The position numbers were made by a program, and so were the translations under genes. A stretch of DNA of 64,000 nucleotides from Scyliorhinus canicula. Its lineage: Eukaryota. Location of the stretch: positions 248,530,886 to 248,594,885 of the forward strand of contig NC_052147.1 of assembly GCF_902713615.1 (NCBI RefSeq), read 5' to 3'. How positions within the stretch are numbered: position 1 is the first letter of the stretch; the number at the start of each line of letters is the position of its first letter. Shown piece after piece: positions 62,101-64,000 of the stretch. The notes below the pieces were generated by a model, which made no database searches, was not told where the DNA came from, and saw only the letters and a program-made list of their open reading frames with translations.

Positions 62101-62579
62101 TCTCGCTACCTAGCCAACTGAGCTAACCAACCTCCCCATTCGTTAACTGTTACGGATGAAAACAATATATAGGATCACTGATTGTCGTCTGAGTTTGCAT
62201 TGAATAACTAGCTTGATTTTAACCTTTCAAAAGATAAAGTCTGATCAGAATAATAATGCTTAGTGAACTATTAATGGAATTTCTATTGCATTCCCAGTTT
62301 GCTGCTTTGTGCAAGGATTGTTTATCTTTTGCAAGAGGGAATGGGAATAAATACTGCATTTCATTCGACAATGAATACAGTCACCTGAGATTTTAACATG
62401 CATGATTGCTAGCTTGAAAAATTGGTCAGAATTTATAGTATGAAAAGATCAACAGATATTGAAGTGTGAATAACTTAATGAGTCCACTAAGATGGAAAGT
62501 ATTTTCCGATGTTTCAATAGTACATTCCTCAAAGTCAGATAAGGCAAGACTAATTAATTGGTCTTTCTTTTTTCCACAT

Positions 62580-62856
62580 AAAATCATAGAATTCCTACAG
62601 TGTAGAAGGAGGCCATTCGGTCCATCGAGTCTGCACCTACCCTCTTAAAGAACACTGGACCCAGGTCCACATGCCTACCCTATCCCCATAACCTAACCTG
62701 CACAGCTCTGGACTGTGGGAGGAAACCGGAGGACCCGGAGGAAACCCACGCCGACACGGGGAGACTGCGCAAACTCGACACAGACAGTTACCCAAGGCCA
62801 GAATTGAAACCGGGTCCCTGGCGCTGTGAGACGCTAATCACTGTGCTACCGTGCCA
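62580..62856 (-). mobile_element. HE1-like SINE with CR1-type tail
   Basis: Head, core and tail ...GAATGGCCTCCTTCTACACTGTAGGAATTCTATGATT. Confidence 0.8.
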
Positions 62857-63139
62857 CATGTCCCAGTGGAGTTGAATATGCCATTCCACAAAGTGAAAAA
62901 ATACAATGTGCTTATAAAACATCCAAACATCTTAAACTATGCCAAAAGTTAAATTCCATAACATGTAGATGGGACAGCATCCGAGTCAGCAAATGTGAAG
63001 TGGAGATTGGTGAGCTTCAGTTACCACCTACAGCTCAACCCACTATTAGCCCCATCCTGAGAAAGTATATCTAAAAAGGAAAAAACAAAGCACAAATATA
63101 GCTGCAGCACTCTTCCACACATTTTAAACCCCTACTATA

Positions 63140-63845
63140 TGGATTGGATTGGATTGGATTTTATCAATTGGCACGTGAAAAGTATTTTTCGGCAAGCAGC
63201 ACAACAGATTATCAAGTACATGAAAAGAAAAGGAAATAAAAGAAAATACATAATACGGCAACAAAAGGTACACAATGTAACTACATAAGCACCGGCATAA
63301 AGCAGACAGGGGTGTAGTGTTAATGAGGTCAATCCGTAAGAGGGCCATTTAGGAGTCTGGTAACAACGGGGAAGAAGTTGTTTTTGAGTCTGTTCGTGCG
63401 TGTTCTCAGACTTCTGTGTCTCCTGCCCAATGGGAGAAGTTGGAAGAGTGAGTAAGCTAGGTGGGAGGGATCTTTGATTATGCTGCCCGCTTTCCCCAGG
63501 CAGCAGGGGGTGTAGATGGAGTCAATGGATGGGAGGCAGGTTCGTGTGATGGACTGGGCTACGTTCACGACTCTCTGAAGTTGTGAGCAGATTCAAAAAC
63601 AGCTTCTTCCCCATTGTTACCAGACTCCTGAATGACTCTCTTCGGGATTGACCCGATTAATACTACACTCCTGTATGCTTCACCCGATGCCGGTGTCTAT
63701 GTATTTACGTTGTATCTTGTGTTGCCCTATTATGTATTTTCTTTTTCTTTTCTTTTCATTTACTTAATGATCTGATTGAGCTGCTCGCAGGAAAATACTT
63801 TTCACTGCACCTCGGTACACGTGACAATAAACAAACAAATCCAAA
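63140..63845. mobile_element. Two Rex-Babar-like LINE 3' ends in inverted, tails-outward arrangement (minus 63140-63585, plus 63590-63845)
   Basis: KAGSIIKDPSHLAYSLFQLLPLGRR...RLKNNFFP peptide; matching 3' UTRs on opposite strands; (ATCCA)n tail. Confidence 0.75.
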
Positions 63846-64000
63846 AAATACAAATCACCCTGGTCCATGATTAGTTACCCTGGCCACGTGGCCCTCTCGG
63901 CCGATTTCCCCTTAAATGGGGCACACACCACAGTGCCCTCAAGGGGTGACAGGTTAGAAGGTGGGGGTGGGTAATTGCTGGGGATCTGTGTCGGGAGAGT

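Noticed and set aside
48716-64000. Next upstream LDLa exon of the receptor
   Set aside because: I found no Cys-rich SDE-ending exon by eye. It probably lies beyond the window, although I could have missed it.

Overview
This is eukaryotic, repeat-rich vertebrate DNA. The SINE/LINE repertoire (HE1/V-SINE-like SINEs, CR1, Rex-Babar, Penelope-like, Harbinger MITEs) points to a cartilaginous fish such as a shark. The only host gene I can support is an internal segment of an LRP1/LRP1B-family receptor on the minus strand. Eight GT-AG exons (48715-48586, 44918-44796, 42784-42662, 36515-36381, 29622-29488, 23350-23228, 7409-7168, 3649-3471) splice in frame into 1190 nt (~396 aa). They encode the last four LDLa repeats of cluster IV, two EGF repeats and the start of the YWTD beta-propeller that carries the proprotein-convertase site. 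Three of the exons are absent from the supplied ORF track. The rest is intronic mobile DNA: young and old CR1 LINEs, RTE and Rex-Babar relics, a decayed Gypsy internal region, solo LTRs, many tRNA-derived SINEs, Harbinger-type elements (one with a spliced Myb/SANT gene) and Penelope-like hairpin insertions with degenerate hammerhead cores. The most notable points are the LRP1/LRP1B mosaic character of the protein, a non-canonical KRKR cleavage site, a recursive-splice-type exon start, modular SINE tail swapping and several resolvable nested insertions. I found no prokaryotic-type system such as CRISPR or an operon. Repeat boundaries are approximate unless a target-site duplication (TSD) is cited. 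Comparisons with human proteins are from memory, not from a search.
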